From Candidatus Magasanikiibacteriota bacterium (lineage in GTDB: Bacteria > Patescibacteriota > Patescibacteriia > Magasanikbacterales > UBA922): a stretch of DNA of 64,000 nt. The DNA lies in NCBI GenBank assembly GCA_003510435.1, contig DOMK01000009.1:24675-88674 (forward strand), in the 5' to 3' direction. Of this stretch, positions 46,937 to 57,242 are shown piece after piece. A model generated the notes under the pieces. That model was not told the origin of the DNA. It ran no database searches and worked only from the letters and a program-made list of their open reading frames with translations. Within the stretch, counting starts at the first letter, position 1, and each line of letters starts with the position of its first letter. Made by a program: the position numbers and the translations under genes.

Positions 46937-48133
46937 CTAGACAAGCTGTTGATAAATACTATTAAGTCTTTCCCCCATTAATTCTAATGAATATCTTTCC
47001 TCAGCTGTCTGCCGGACATCCTGTGTCCACTGCCACTGATCTACATCTTCCTTAAAATAACCAAATAAAGTTTCTGCCAAAAGTAAATGACTTCCCGAGG
47101 CAAAAACCATTCCGCCTTCACTGGCCACTGTTCGCACTCCTGGTAAATCACTAGCTACCACTGGCACCCCACTAGCCATAGCTTCTAATAAAACCATACC
47201 AAAAGCTTCACCTTTGGTTGTGGAAGGTAAAACAAACAAATCTGCCAGGTTATAATAATATGGCAGTTCTTCCTGACTAACCTGACCAGCAAATTTCACA
47301 AAATCACTTAAGCCTAAAACCTTAGCCTGCATTTCATATTCTTGTCTTAATTCTCCATCCCCCACTAACAAAGTCTGTAAAATAAAATCATGGGTTTTTA
47401 ATTCATGCAAAGCTTGTAATAAGACTGGAATACCCTTGAAATAATGTGCCCTATCCATACCGCCGACAAATAACAACACGGGCAAATCTGGATTTAAATT
47501 ATGACGACTAAATAAACTGGCTGATTTATCTCTGGGTCTAAATCGTTCAATATCAACTCCAAAAGGAACTTCTATCCACTTATTTGGATTTTGCAAATAA
47601 ATCTCACGGGCTTGACTGTTTTCTATATAATCTAGAGAACTGGCAATTAAGACATCAGCTGTGTTTAAAATCTTTGGCATCCAATATTTGGCATAATATT
47701 TGAAAAATAATCCAAGCCAACCAGGGGCTCGATTATCCATATGATAAGTCACGACTAAGGGCTTTTGTGGATTGCGAACTTTCCATTTTCGTACCAAATT
47801 TGCCACACCATAAAAAGGATAATGCAAATGGACTAAATCAAAATTATCCAATTCATGTTGGATCTGAGGAATATAAGCAGCATTACCTTTTTGTAAAGCT
47901 GGTTTTAAACGTCTGGCCACCACGTCCAATTCTCTTTCAGTGATTTTTTGTTCTTTAACAAAAGTTGGCTCACTGTCTTTATCAATCTCTAATTCTTCTT
48001 CCCGATAATAATGTGGAGTAATCACTTCTATTTCATGCCCAAATTTGGCCAGTTCACTGGCTGTTTGATAAACAATATTTCCCATTCCACCATGATACGG
48101 CGGAAAAGTACAAACTACTTGGGCAATGCGCAT
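46937..48133 (-). CDS. GT4 glycosyltransferase
   Basis: FPPYHGG, EAFGMVLLEAMASG. Confidence 0.9.
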   Translation of the reverse strand: MRIAQVVCTFPPYHGGMGNIVYQTASELAKFGHEIEVITPHYYREEELEIDKDSEPTFVKEQKITERELDVVARRLKPALQKGNAAYIPQIQHELDNFDLVHLHYPFYGVANLVRKWKVRNPQKPLVVTYHMDNRAPGWLGLFFKYYAKYWMPKILNTADVLIASSLDYIENSQAREIYLQNPNKWIEVPFGVDIERFRPRDKSASLFSRHNLNPDLPVLLFVGGMDRAHYFKGIPVLLQALHELKTHDFILQTLLVGDGELRQEYEMQAKVLGLSDFVKFAGQVSQEELPYYYNLADLFVLPSTTKGEAFGMVLLEAMASGVPVVASDLPGVRTVASEGGMVFASGSHLLLAETLFGYFKEDVDQWQWTQDVRQTAEERYSLELMGERLNSIYQQLV

Positions 48134-48186
48134 AACATTGATTTCACTGATTAATTAAGATTACACAGATTTTATAAATATGAATC

Positions 48187-48996
48187 TTATTCAATACTAT
48201 ACATAAAATATTCTGTTTTCCCTGTTCCTTTATTGTATTGTTGCCAAATTAAAGATTTTTCCAACATCACAAACCCTTTTGGCTGTGAAACACTAGTGAC
48301 AATCACCTCATCTTTTTTACCGTCAGAAAAAGTTCCATTTCTTTTATTAATAATTATACAGTCTCTTCTCACTGAGGTATGTCTCCGTCTTTGTTTATAG
48401 GTCATCAAAGGATCACAACTCATAATATAATCATAATTGTCAGTGCGATAATCAATCTTTCTTCCAAAAGATAACCCAACACTATTTGGCTCTATTTTAT
48501 CCCCTGTTTTTGGATCAATAACTATTCCACCATCCGTCACTAAATTGGTAGCGTGTTCATCAACAAACTGGTATATAGCATAATCGGGTTTGTCACTTTT
48601 TATTTTTTCTTTATAACCTGTAAAATCAAAAAATTCAACTTTTTTATTTATAATATCAAAAGATGCACAAGGGACTAATTTATAATCAACATTACATTTT
48701 GTGTAAAAAAATCCATCTATTACATCTCCACCAACTAACCATTGGGTACCTTGTTCTTCGGTCATTGGAATTTCAAAAATTTTATAAACCTTGTCCACTT
48801 CCATTGTCATTCCAGGTTGAAATACAAAAACTTTCGTGACAGGAAGCTGAACACCTCCATAAGGTAATTCTCCACCAAAATAATTAGAAATAAATTTTGA
48901 CAAAAAATAAAAAACAACGAGTATTGATATAATTACAACCATTTTCAAAACAATACCTGGGTTTGTTTTTGATTTATTCTTTATTTCATCCTGCAT
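48187..48996 (-). CDS. Hypothetical membrane-anchored protein
   Basis: N-terminal TM and beta-rich ectodomain. Confidence 0.65.
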   Translation of the reverse strand: MQDEIKNKSKTNPGIVLKMVVIISILVVFYFLSKFISNYFGGELPYGGVQLPVTKVFVFQPGMTMEVDKVYKIFEIPMTEEQGTQWLVGGDVIDGFFYTKCNVDYKLVPCASFDIINKKVEFFDFTGYKEKIKSDKPDYAIYQFVDEHATNLVTDGGIVIDPKTGDKIEPNSVGLSFGRKIDYRTDNYDYIMSCDPLMTYKQRRRHTSVRRDCIIINKRNGTFSDGKKDEVIVTSVSQPKGFVMLEKSLIWQQYNKGTGKTEYFMYSIE

Positions 48997-49062
48997 ATTT
49001 ATAAAAATTAATCATTAAATCTTTTAATCTTAATTCCTTATTCCCCGCCTGCGCAGGCAGGC

Positions 49063-49404
49063 TTATTCCTTATTCCTTACTCCTTCCCCGACCGCTTCTC
49101 TCCTCACCACCTTAGTAATATCTCTACCAACAGATTCAAGCTTGATATGAAGTTTAAATAATAAATAAAATATAATTACCAAGGCAACATAAATAACAAA
49201 ATCTGTACCGCGACCAATCCCTAAATAATTTGCCAGAATCGTAGTACTATTTGGCCAGAGCACAGCCACAATTGCTAAAAGCCAAAATATTAGCCAAAAA
49301 AACAAACCCTTTGGACCAAGCAAACCTTCTTGTTTACGCTTAATAACGTTCACTATGGCAAACAAAACAAACATAGTAAACAAAATTTGAAATAAAATTA
49401 ACAT
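49063..49404 (-). CDS. DUF2304 membrane protein
   Basis: LGIGRGTD motif; follows the GT2 gene. Confidence 0.85.
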   Translation of the reverse strand: MLILFQILFTMFVLFAIVNVIKRKQEGLLGPKGLFFWLIFWLLAIVAVLWPNSTTILANYLGIGRGTDFVIYVALVIIFYLLFKLHIKLESVGRDITKVVRREAVGEGVRNKE

Positions 49405-49473
49405 AATATTTAAGGAATAAGGATTAAGGAATAAAGAATAAAATTTTATCCTTATTCCTTACTCCTTTTTCCT

Positions 49474-50130
49474 TTACTTTACAAACTTACCAAACACTAA
49501 ATCTCTTGCCACCTTAAAACCACCACCCAAACCCTGACCAAACTTATGGTATACCACTTTCACCGGAAATTCAACGTATTGTAAACCCAATTTTTTCGCC
49601 TTGGCTGGAATCTCAGTGGCATGGGCCATCCTGTCTTGTTCAATTGTAATTTGTTCTAAAGCTTTTTTATTCAATATTCTAAATCCATTGTGAGTATCTT
49701 CCAAATCTACTCCACAAATTTTATTAAAAATTTTAGCCACAGGAAAAAGAATATATTTTTTAAACCATGGTAATTGGGTCCGATTATCCAAAAATCTAGA
49801 ACCAAACAATATATCCACTCCACTGTCTTTTAACTTTTTCAAAGCTGGTTTGATATCTTCCACACAAAATTGATTATCTCCATCAAAATGTAAAACATAA
49901 TCAGCCCCAATTTGCAAAGCATAATCATGACCGGTTTGCAAAGCTGCACCTTGTCCACGATTTATTTTGTGTTGTAAAACAATCGCTCCACTTGTCAAAG
50001 CTTGTTTGTACGTATTGTCACACGAACAATCATCCACCACAATCACTTTATCCACATGAGCAAAAAGGCTCTGGACCACAGAGCCGATAGTTTTTTCTTC
50101 ATTGTAAGCAGGGACAACAGCCACGAACAT
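49474..50130 (-). CDS. GT2 (DPM1-like) glycosyltransferase
   Basis: VPAYNEE, VDDCS.D, NRGQGAA, GSRF. Confidence 0.9.
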   Translation of the reverse strand: MFVAVVPAYNEEKTIGSVVQSLFAHVDKVIVVDDCSCDNTYKQALTSGAIVLQHKINRGQGAALQTGHDYALQIGADYVLHFDGDNQFCVEDIKPALKKLKDSGVDILFGSRFLDNRTQLPWFKKYILFPVAKIFNKICGVDLEDTHNGFRILNKKALEQITIEQDRMAHATEIPAKAKKLGLQYVEFPVKVVYHKFGQGLGGGFKVARDLVFGKFVK

Positions 50131-50167
50131 ACTTATAATACCAACGTAAATTTATAATTTAAAATTT

Positions 50168-51178
50168 TTATAACATCTCCTTGTTAGCAATTGTATAATC
50201 AATGGTTTTATTTAAACCATCTTCCAAATTAATTAATGGGATCCAATCCAAATTTTCTTTGGCTCGAATCAAATCCGGCACGCCTTTTGGAGTTAAAAAT
50301 ACCAATGGAGCTTCATATCTAATTTTGGAAGTTGAATTGGTCATCTTAATAATTTTTTCTGCTACGGCTGCCATACTATATATCTGATCATGTCCTAGAT
50401 TAACCAAATGAAATTCTGGTTCGGATCTCATGAGACGAACTAGACCATCAACCATATCAGTAATAAAACATAATGATTGATTCATATCCCCATTGCCATA
50501 AATTACTAAATCTTGTCCATCCAAAGCATCCAAAATAAAATCTGGAATAAGTAAACCATCACGCAATTTCATTCTTGGACCATAAGTACTAAAAATCCGC
50601 GCAATTTTTGCATCCAAACCATAAACTTGACGGTAAGTTTCTACACAAGTTTCGGCAAATCTCTTGCCTTCATCATAACAACCCCGCGGTGACAGATGAT
50701 TAACTATGCCCTCATCATCTTCTTTAAAAATCTTTCTATCTTCTCGCGGTGGCCCATAAACTACCGAACTAGAACCAAAAACATATTTGGCTCGATATTT
50801 TACTGCCAAATCCAAGGTATTAATCATGGCTCGAGAATTGGCCCACAAAGAATTAAGTTTTAAATTCTCAAAATTCTTTGGACTAGTTGGACAAGCCAAA
50901 TGATAAATTTCTTGTATGCCCTGAAATTTAATTTTAAATTTGTCTAGTTCATCAAAATTATCAAAATCTAGTGGCTGATTAACATCATATTTTATAAATT
51001 CAAAATCTGGATACTGCAAAAGATGATCAATATTTTTTATGTTAGAATTTGACAAATCATCCATACAAATTACTTTGGCTTCTTTCAAAAGTCTTTCGCA
51101 CAAATGTGAACCCAAAAAACCGGCTCCGCCAGTAACTAGAACATTCTTTTTTTCAAAAATTGGTATATCTCCTATCAT
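50168..51178 (-). CDS. UDP-glucuronate decarboxylase-like NAD-dependent epimerase/dehydratase
   Basis: TGGAGFLGSHL, HLACPTSP, CYDEGKRFAE. Confidence 0.88.
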   Translation of the reverse strand: MIGDIPIFEKKNVLVTGGAGFLGSHLCERLLKEAKVICMDDLSNSNIKNIDHLLQYPDFEFIKYDVNQPLDFDNFDELDKFKIKFQGIQEIYHLACPTSPKNFENLKLNSLWANSRAMINTLDLAVKYRAKYVFGSSSVVYGPPREDRKIFKEDDEGIVNHLSPRGCYDEGKRFAETCVETYRQVYGLDAKIARIFSTYGPRMKLRDGLLIPDFILDALDGQDLVIYGNGDMNQSLCFITDMVDGLVRLMRSEPEFHLVNLGHDQIYSMAAVAEKIIKMTNSTSKIRYEAPLVFLTPKGVPDLIRAKENLDWIPLINLEDGLNKTIDYTIANKEML

Positions 51179-51241
51179 ATAAAAGTAATTATTAGATTAT
51201 ATTATAAATTAATAAGGTTTCCATTCTTAATTATTATATCC

Positions 51242-53200
51242 TTAGTATACCAAAATTCTAGCATTTTTAACACTCTGACCAATAAATGTAGACCATTCTG
51301 CCATTTTCTTTACTTTTCCACTCCAAACCCTGGTTAATTGACTATTATCCAAAGGCTGCACCACTACATCATCTGAGCCATCATAATTATAATCACCTAT
51401 TTCCAAATCTACCCCGCCTTTGTAACTAGAGTCATAAGCGGTAAATTTTCTTTTTAATTTTCCATCCGTCTCAAAATATAATAAATAGGGTATTTCTCCT
51501 GTGCCAGCTACAATGACAAATTCCATTTCTTTATCACCATCAATATCACCTATTTTAAAGTCACCTACTGATTTTACATCATTTACAGACCACTCTTTTA
51601 TAATTTTATTTTGCTCATCAAAAATGTTTAAATTTAAACCATTAAAATTATAAACAGTCACAATTTTTTGTTTTTCATTTACTTTTTCTCTAACCAAATC
51701 AATCTGCACACCTTGGTGTTTTCCTTCAATAGTCAGCTCGTCTAATTCTTTACCAGTCAAATCAAATATTTTATAAACTTGTTTATCAGCATATCGGGGT
51801 GACAAAATTATTTCCTTTTTACTGTCACCACGAACATCACCAGTGGCCAAATCTAAAAATCCAAAAGCCTCAACTTCCCAAGAATTAATTACTTGCCAAT
51901 CTTTATCATAGATAACCACTATTATTTTGTTATCAATTGGCTCAGACACTGTGACAAATTTTAATTCACCTTTATCCAAAAAACTTTGAGCATCAGAAAT
52001 ATTTTTTAATTTTTCATTAATACCAAATTTTATATTATCTTTTAAATTTTTATTTTCTACATTACCAGTGTCAGAATCAAAACTCAAAATATTATTAATG
52101 ACTCGACTAAAACTTAATCTATCAAAAGCATACTTTACAGCCTTATCAATTTGCAATAAACCTGCGCCAAATAAATTGGCATAAACAGTTTCATCTTGAC
52201 CGGGCGTATGATGAACAGTTGATGTTATGGCAAAAAATATTTCTCTTGATCCCCAGGTCGGTTGAATTGATTTTATAAGAGCCACTGCTCCGCTTATTAA
52301 TGGAGCAGCAAATGAAGTCCCATTCCAATTACCTCCATATCTTTGATTAAGACCATTGGTTGGTGAAAAACGTAAAGTACTACTCAAACCTTTACCTGGA
52401 GCCGTAAAGTCAACGCAATTGGAACCAAAATTAGAAAAATTTGCCAAATGATGATCTGGAGTAATAGCATTAACACCAAATATTAAAAAATCTTCATCAG
52501 TATCCTGACAAATTGGATAGTAGGGTTTTTTGTTTAAATAAACAGCATCATTACCAGCCGCTGTCACTACTACTACTCCACTTTCAAAAGCATATTTAAT
52601 CGCTTCAGCCACGTCTTCATCTAATAAACTACTAACAATACTAATATTAATTACATCCGCTCCATTATCCACTGCATAATGAATGGCTTTTGAAAAATTT
52701 TTATAACTTCCGCTCCCACTATTACCCAAGACTTTTAAATTCATCATTTTTACTTGCCAATTCATTCCCACACCATCCAATTCATTATTTCCTTTAGCTC
52801 CAATCAAGCCGGCAACTACGGTCGCATGATTAAAAACTCCTGATTCTCTTTCCTCATCTGATAAATCATCAATTAACACTCGTGGATCATTGTTGTCTTC
52901 CAAAAAATTCCAGCCCCAGACATCATCCACATAGCCATTTTTATCATCGTCTTCATGATTATTAGGTATTTCATTTTCATTTTTCCAAACATTATCACGC
53001 AAATCTGGATGAAAAGTATCAAAACCATTATCCAAAATCGCCACCACCACATCACCAGAACCAGTCGTATAATCCCAAGCATCAAAAAGGCCAATATCTT
53101 TATAAGCCCACTGAGTAAAAAAAGGATCATTGGATATTGTAGTAGCCAAAACCAATTTTGGTATAAAGACAAACAGCCACAACAATAGTAATTTTCTCAT
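51242..53200 (-). CDS. Secreted S8 subtilisin-like protease with C-terminal FG-GAP/VCBS-like repeats
   Basis: ILDNG, NHATVVAG, GTSFAAP triad; GDVRGD, GDIDGD and GDYNYD repeats. Confidence 0.88.
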   Translation of the reverse strand: MRKLLLLWLFVFIPKLVLATTISNDPFFTQWAYKDIGLFDAWDYTTGSGDVVVAILDNGFDTFHPDLRDNVWKNENEIPNNHEDDDKNGYVDDVWGWNFLEDNNDPRVLIDDLSDEERESGVFNHATVVAGLIGAKGNNELDGVGMNWQVKMMNLKVLGNSGSGSYKNFSKAIHYAVDNGADVINISIVSSLLDEDVAEAIKYAFESGVVVVTAAGNDAVYLNKKPYYPICQDTDEDFLIFGVNAITPDHHLANFSNFGSNCVDFTAPGKGLSSTLRFSPTNGLNQRYGGNWNGTSFAAPLISGAVALIKSIQPTWGSREIFFAITSTVHHTPGQDETVYANLFGAGLLQIDKAVKYAFDRLSFSRVINNILSFDSDTGNVENKNLKDNIKFGINEKLKNISDAQSFLDKGELKFVTVSEPIDNKIIVVIYDKDWQVINSWEVEAFGFLDLATGDVRGDSKKEIILSPRYADKQVYKIFDLTGKELDELTIEGKHQGVQIDLVREKVNEKQKIVTVYNFNGLNLNIFDEQNKIIKEWSVNDVKSVGDFKIGDIDGDKEMEFVIVAGTGEIPYLLYFETDGKLKRKFTAYDSSYKGGVDLEIGDYNYDGSDDVVVQPLDNSQLTRVWSGKVKKMAEWSTFIGQSVKNARILVY

Positions 53201-53204
53201 GTTT

Positions 53205-54788
53205 TTACATTTTTATAATATCACCAGCCAACATCTCAGTCGGATAAATAATTTCGGTATTAGAAAAAGTTTTCTTTTCTGCCATAAAATCTATATTATA
53301 TGGTGATAAAGATACAAATTTTGGATCAAAATTTAGATTTTTAAAATTCTTGTCATTTGTATCGCGTCCCAAATAATAATATTTACCATTACTATGACGA
53401 TAATACAATTTTTTATCAGCATAATTTTTTATTATTGAACCAATGGGATATTCATAGGTATCGGCCAATAAGGTATTTAGATTACCATAGCCAGCAGCTG
53501 GATAACCATTAAGAATTTCTGGCATGTCGCTATAGCTGTCCCCATCAGTATCTTTATTAGTCGGATCAGAAAACCAAAAATTAATTTCTTCCAAGTCAGC
53601 CAAACCATCACCATCAGTATCTAATTTTTTATCACTACTACCATACTTATCTTCAGTCTCTTTGGAAACCCCATCATGGTCACTGTCGACTATTTCCAAA
53701 TCAACATCAGTTATGTCATAGGTTAAGGTATTGTAATTACTAGCATGAACCAAATCTAATTCCAAAACTCTTTTTACCCATTCTGATCCATATAAAAGAT
53801 ATGCTTCAGCTTCGGATAAAATTGGTCGCAACTGACAGCCAGGTTCAACAGCATAAATTTTTGGCAAACCTTTAAATTTTAATAACCAAGTTCCAGGACG
53901 AACACAGACTTGTGGGCCAATCTGGTACTCACTCAGTTTAGCATTGCTCAAAAATCTTATATTACTAAAATCTTTGTACCAAGAATGATAAACTCCACTA
54001 TTTAAAAATGGATGCAACCGACCATCAAAGCCATAATAATAAATTGTGCTCCCCTGCCCTTTCATCAGAGTACCTTCTTCCAAATAGACTGAGGGCTGAT
54101 TATAAATAATTTTTTTACTTACAGTTTCCTTTTGTCCATTACTGTTTAAAAATTGAATATAAATTGTTTTTTCCCCTGCTCCAGGTGATAAAACCCAAGC
54201 CACGCGATCAGTAATTGATTTAAATTCTAAGTCAGTAAAATTATTACTATCATTGCTAGCAATATACCCCTCTACCCCAGTGGAATAAGTTAAGTCTAAA
54301 TTTACATAGCGTGAATCAGTGTCCTTGGCACTAATCTTTTTGTCCTTATTGCTTTTGTCAATCTCAGCATTGATAAAAAAATCTACATCCATTGCTTTTG
54401 GGGCTGATAACTGAATTTTACCACTATAAATATTACTGACATCGCCCTTGGCATTTTTAAATCTAATATAAACAATTTTGGTTCCAGCTCCAAAGGAAAC
54501 AAACCAGGATTTGCGTGAGCTGTAAGCTTCCCACTCTGCTTCGGCAAAACCTACATCATTTGACACTTTCATAAACTTGGCGTCTTCTGTGCCTTTTATA
54601 TACAAAGTAACTTTTCTAGTCTTAGTAGTAGTTCCAGCACTATTATTTATTTTTAATGACGGGGTATCGGCAGTCTCAACAAAACCAGCCAGTCCTAAAC
54701 CAAAAAATACTAGCAAAACACTAACTAAAAAAATAAACTTAAAATGTTGCTTTTTTCTCATAAATCTGCTAATATTAAAAATAATCAC
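53205..54788 (-). CDS. Secreted/surface protein with Ig-like repeats and TSP3-like Ca-binding repeats
   Basis: Signal/TM; two W..S.GAG.K.(V/I)YI.F repeats; DSDHDG, DTDGDG x2. Confidence 0.7.
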   Translation of the reverse strand: MIIFNISRFMRKKQHFKFIFLVSVLLVFFGLGLAGFVETADTPSLKINNSAGTTTKTRKVTLYIKGTEDAKFMKVSNDVGFAEAEWEAYSSRKSWFVSFGAGTKIVYIRFKNAKGDVSNIYSGKIQLSAPKAMDVDFFINAEIDKSNKDKKISAKDTDSRYVNLDLTYSTGVEGYIASNDSNNFTDLEFKSITDRVAWVLSPGAGEKTIYIQFLNSNGQKETVSKKIIYNQPSVYLEEGTLMKGQGSTIYYYGFDGRLHPFLNSGVYHSWYKDFSNIRFLSNAKLSEYQIGPQVCVRPGTWLLKFKGLPKIYAVEPGCQLRPILSEAEAYLLYGSEWVKRVLELDLVHASNYNTLTYDITDVDLEIVDSDHDGVSKETEDKYGSSDKKLDTDGDGLADLEEINFWFSDPTNKDTDGDSYSDMPEILNGYPAAGYGNLNTLLADTYEYPIGSIIKNYADKKLYYRHSNGKYYYLGRDTNDKNFKNLNFDPKFVSLSPYNIDFMAEKKTFSNTEIIYPTEMLAGDIIKM

Positions 54789-54826
54789 CTATTGAATTAT
54801 ACAAAAAAAACACTAAATAAGCAAAT

Positions 54827-56212
54827 ATGCGCTTGATATACAGAATAAAACAGGCCATGCTCGCCACTGGAGATTGGGTTATTTTTTATATAACATTCTG
54901 GTTAAGCCTATCTATTAGAAACTGGCAAATTCCCAATTGGCAAATTATAGAAAAAAATCTTGATTTATTTTCTATTTTGTTTATTGTTTGGTTGTTAATC
55001 AACTATATAAATGGTCTATATGATCTCCTAAAGATTAAAGGACAATTATTTAGACGTCATTTTATAGAATCAGCCATAATGTCGCTAATAATAAGCGTTT
55101 TGATAATATACACATTACCGACGCGTGGCATTGTGCCAAAAACTATTCTTCTTTTAAATATACTCCTTGGTTATTCATTAAGTTATCTTTGGAAGATCAT
55201 CTTCAATAAATATATAAATACCAAAACCTTAAAAACCAATGTAATTTTTATTGGTCTTGATAATGAAACATTAGAAATAACTAAAATAATCCAAAGATAC
55301 CCAGAAAAAGGTTATCTAACTAAAGCTCTGATTGATCCAGAAAAGCATACAGGGTCAGATGAATTTCCTTTTTTTGATGTCTATCATGATCTTAGCATTC
55401 TAAAGACAAAAATTGATGATTATAAGGCCAGCTTATTAGTCATAGCCAATCATCTCAAGACTGACACAGAAACTCTAAAAGAACTATACAGATTATTATT
55501 TTACAATATAAAAATCGTCGACACTTCATCTTTTTATGAAGAAATCACTGGAAGAATACCACCATCAGTTTTTTCTGAGGGTTGGTTTTTGGAACATCTC
55601 CAGACTAGACAAATCATCCACGAAAAAATAAAAACTTTTTACGATTACATGGCTGGGTTTGTGATGGGGATATGTTTTGCTATTCTTTTCCCCTTTATTG
55701 CTCTAGCCATAAAAACAAATTCCAAAGGCTCAATTTTTTTTACTCAAGCTCGAGTTGGTAAAAATGGAAAAATTTTTACTTTGTATAAATTTAGATCAAT
55801 GTATGTTTTGGCTGATGATGGTAGTGCTGAGATATCAGGTGCAGAATTTGCCCAAAAAGATGACAAAAGAATAACTTTTATTGGAAATTTTTTACGCAAA
55901 ACAAGATTAGATGAATTACCTCAATTCATTAATGTATTTAAAGGAGAAATATCTTTGATTGGACCAAGACCAGAACGGCCGGAGATTGTTGAACAATTAA
56001 AAAAAATCATGCCCTATTATGATCTACGCCATACTGTAAAACCTGGACTGACTGGCTGGGCTGTTATTCACCAACATTATACTGATAATTTAGAAAGTTC
56101 ACTCCAAAAATTACAGTATGATTTGTATTATATAAAAAATCGTTCTTTACTATTAGACATTTCTATATTATTAAAAACAGTTAACGTAGTAATAAGGATG
56201 ATGGGGCAATGA
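54827..56212 (+). CDS. Polyprenyl glycosylphosphotransferase (WcaJ/WbaP family)
   Basis: KFRSM, RKTRLDELPQ, SLIGPRPE, KPGLTGWA, DLYYI. Confidence 0.93.
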   Translation: MRLIYRIKQAMLATGDWVIFYITFWLSLSIRNWQIPNWQIIEKNLDLFSILFIVWLLINYINGLYDLLKIKGQLFRRHFIESAIMSLIISVLIIYTLPTRGIVPKTILLLNILLGYSLSYLWKIIFNKYINTKTLKTNVIFIGLDNETLEITKIIQRYPEKGYLTKALIDPEKHTGSDEFPFFDVYHDLSILKTKIDDYKASLLVIANHLKTDTETLKELYRLLFYNIKIVDTSSFYEEITGRIPPSVFSEGWFLEHLQTRQIIHEKIKTFYDYMAGFVMGICFAILFPFIALAIKTNSKGSIFFTQARVGKNGKIFTLYKFRSMYVLADDGSAEISGAEFAQKDDKRITFIGNFLRKTRLDELPQFINVFKGEISLIGPRPERPEIVEQLKKIMPYYDLRHTVKPGLTGWAVIHQHYTDNLESSLQKLQYDLYYIKNRSLLLDISILLKTVNVVIRMMGQ

Positions 56213-56247
56213 CACCGAACCACTTTACCACCTGACCACACAATCAA

Positions 56248-56273
56248 ACAAAAAGAGCCGAAGGCTCTTTTTG
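56248..56273. terminator. Bidirectional terminator inside an ACCAC-family inverted repeat
   Basis: acaaaaagagcc-gaa-ggctctttttgt. Confidence 0.75.
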
Positions 56274-56305
56274 TTATGTGATAAAGTGCTTAAGTGTTTA
56301 GGTGG

Positions 56306-57217
56306 TTAAGTGATATTCCATTCCTCTTTCAACTTTTTAATTCCCTCTTCTAAATTTACAGTCGGCTCCCAACCTAGCAATATTTTAGCTTTAGTATTAT
56401 CAGCTTTGGTATATTTCATTTCACCAGACATTTCTGGGATATTAATTGTCGGACCACCAATTAAACCAGCTAATTGATTAACTGAGTAGGGATTGCCATT
56501 GCCAATATTAATAACCTCACCCTTCCCTATTGTATCTTTTGTCATGGCAAGTAAATTAGCTCTTACCACATCTGATACATGGGTATAATCACGATACATC
56601 TCACCATTCCCCCGGATAGTCATTGGTTCATTATTTTTTCTCTGTTGTAAAAATCTACCAATTACCAAAGCATAAGCGCCATTGGGATCTGCATATGGGC
56701 CATAGACATTAAAATAAACTAGAGAAACAGTTTCCAATCCGTACAAATCTGAAAACAAACGGCAGTAGTGTTCGCCAATATATTTGTGCAAAGCATAAGG
56801 AGCTAGAGGCTTCTTTACTACTCCATCTTCTTTCAGAGGGTAAACTTCCTGATCACCATAAGCTGATGATGAGGAAGAAAATACTACCCGTTTTACACCG
56901 TTGTCACGGGCTGACAATAAAACATTTAATGTGCCATTAACATTGACATTGTGAGTCTCCAAAGGTTGTTCAACTGAAAAAACTACCCGCGGTAAAGCTG
57001 CCATATGAAACACTCCATCCACACCTGTCATAGCTTTATTTAATTCCTCTAAATTGCGGATATCACCTTCTACATACTCTACACCTTCTTGAAAACGCTC
57101 TGGTTTCTTACCGCCAGCGTAATTATCAAATACCACTACCTCATGACCTTCGGCTAATAATTGTATTACGAGGTTGGTGCCAATAAACCCAGCCCCGCCT
57201 GTAACTAAATATTTCAT
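56306..57217 (-). CDS. NAD-dependent epimerase (WbpP/GalE-like)
   Basis: TGGAGFIG, YALHK, YFNVYGP. Confidence 0.9.
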   Translation of the reverse strand: MKYLVTGGAGFIGTNLVIQLLAEGHEVVVFDNYAGGKKPERFQEGVEYVEGDIRNLEELNKAMTGVDGVFHMAALPRVVFSVEQPLETHNVNVNGTLNVLLSARDNGVKRVVFSSSSSAYGDQEVYPLKEDGVVKKPLAPYALHKYIGEHYCRLFSDLYGLETVSLVYFNVYGPYADPNGAYALVIGRFLQQRKNNEPMTIRGNGEMYRDYTHVSDVVRANLLAMTKDTIGKGEVINIGNGNPYSVNQLAGLIGGPTINIPEMSGEMKYTKADNTKAKILLGWEPTVNLEEGIKKLKEEWNIT

Positions 57218-57242
57218 AAAATAATAATTAAATATAAATTCC

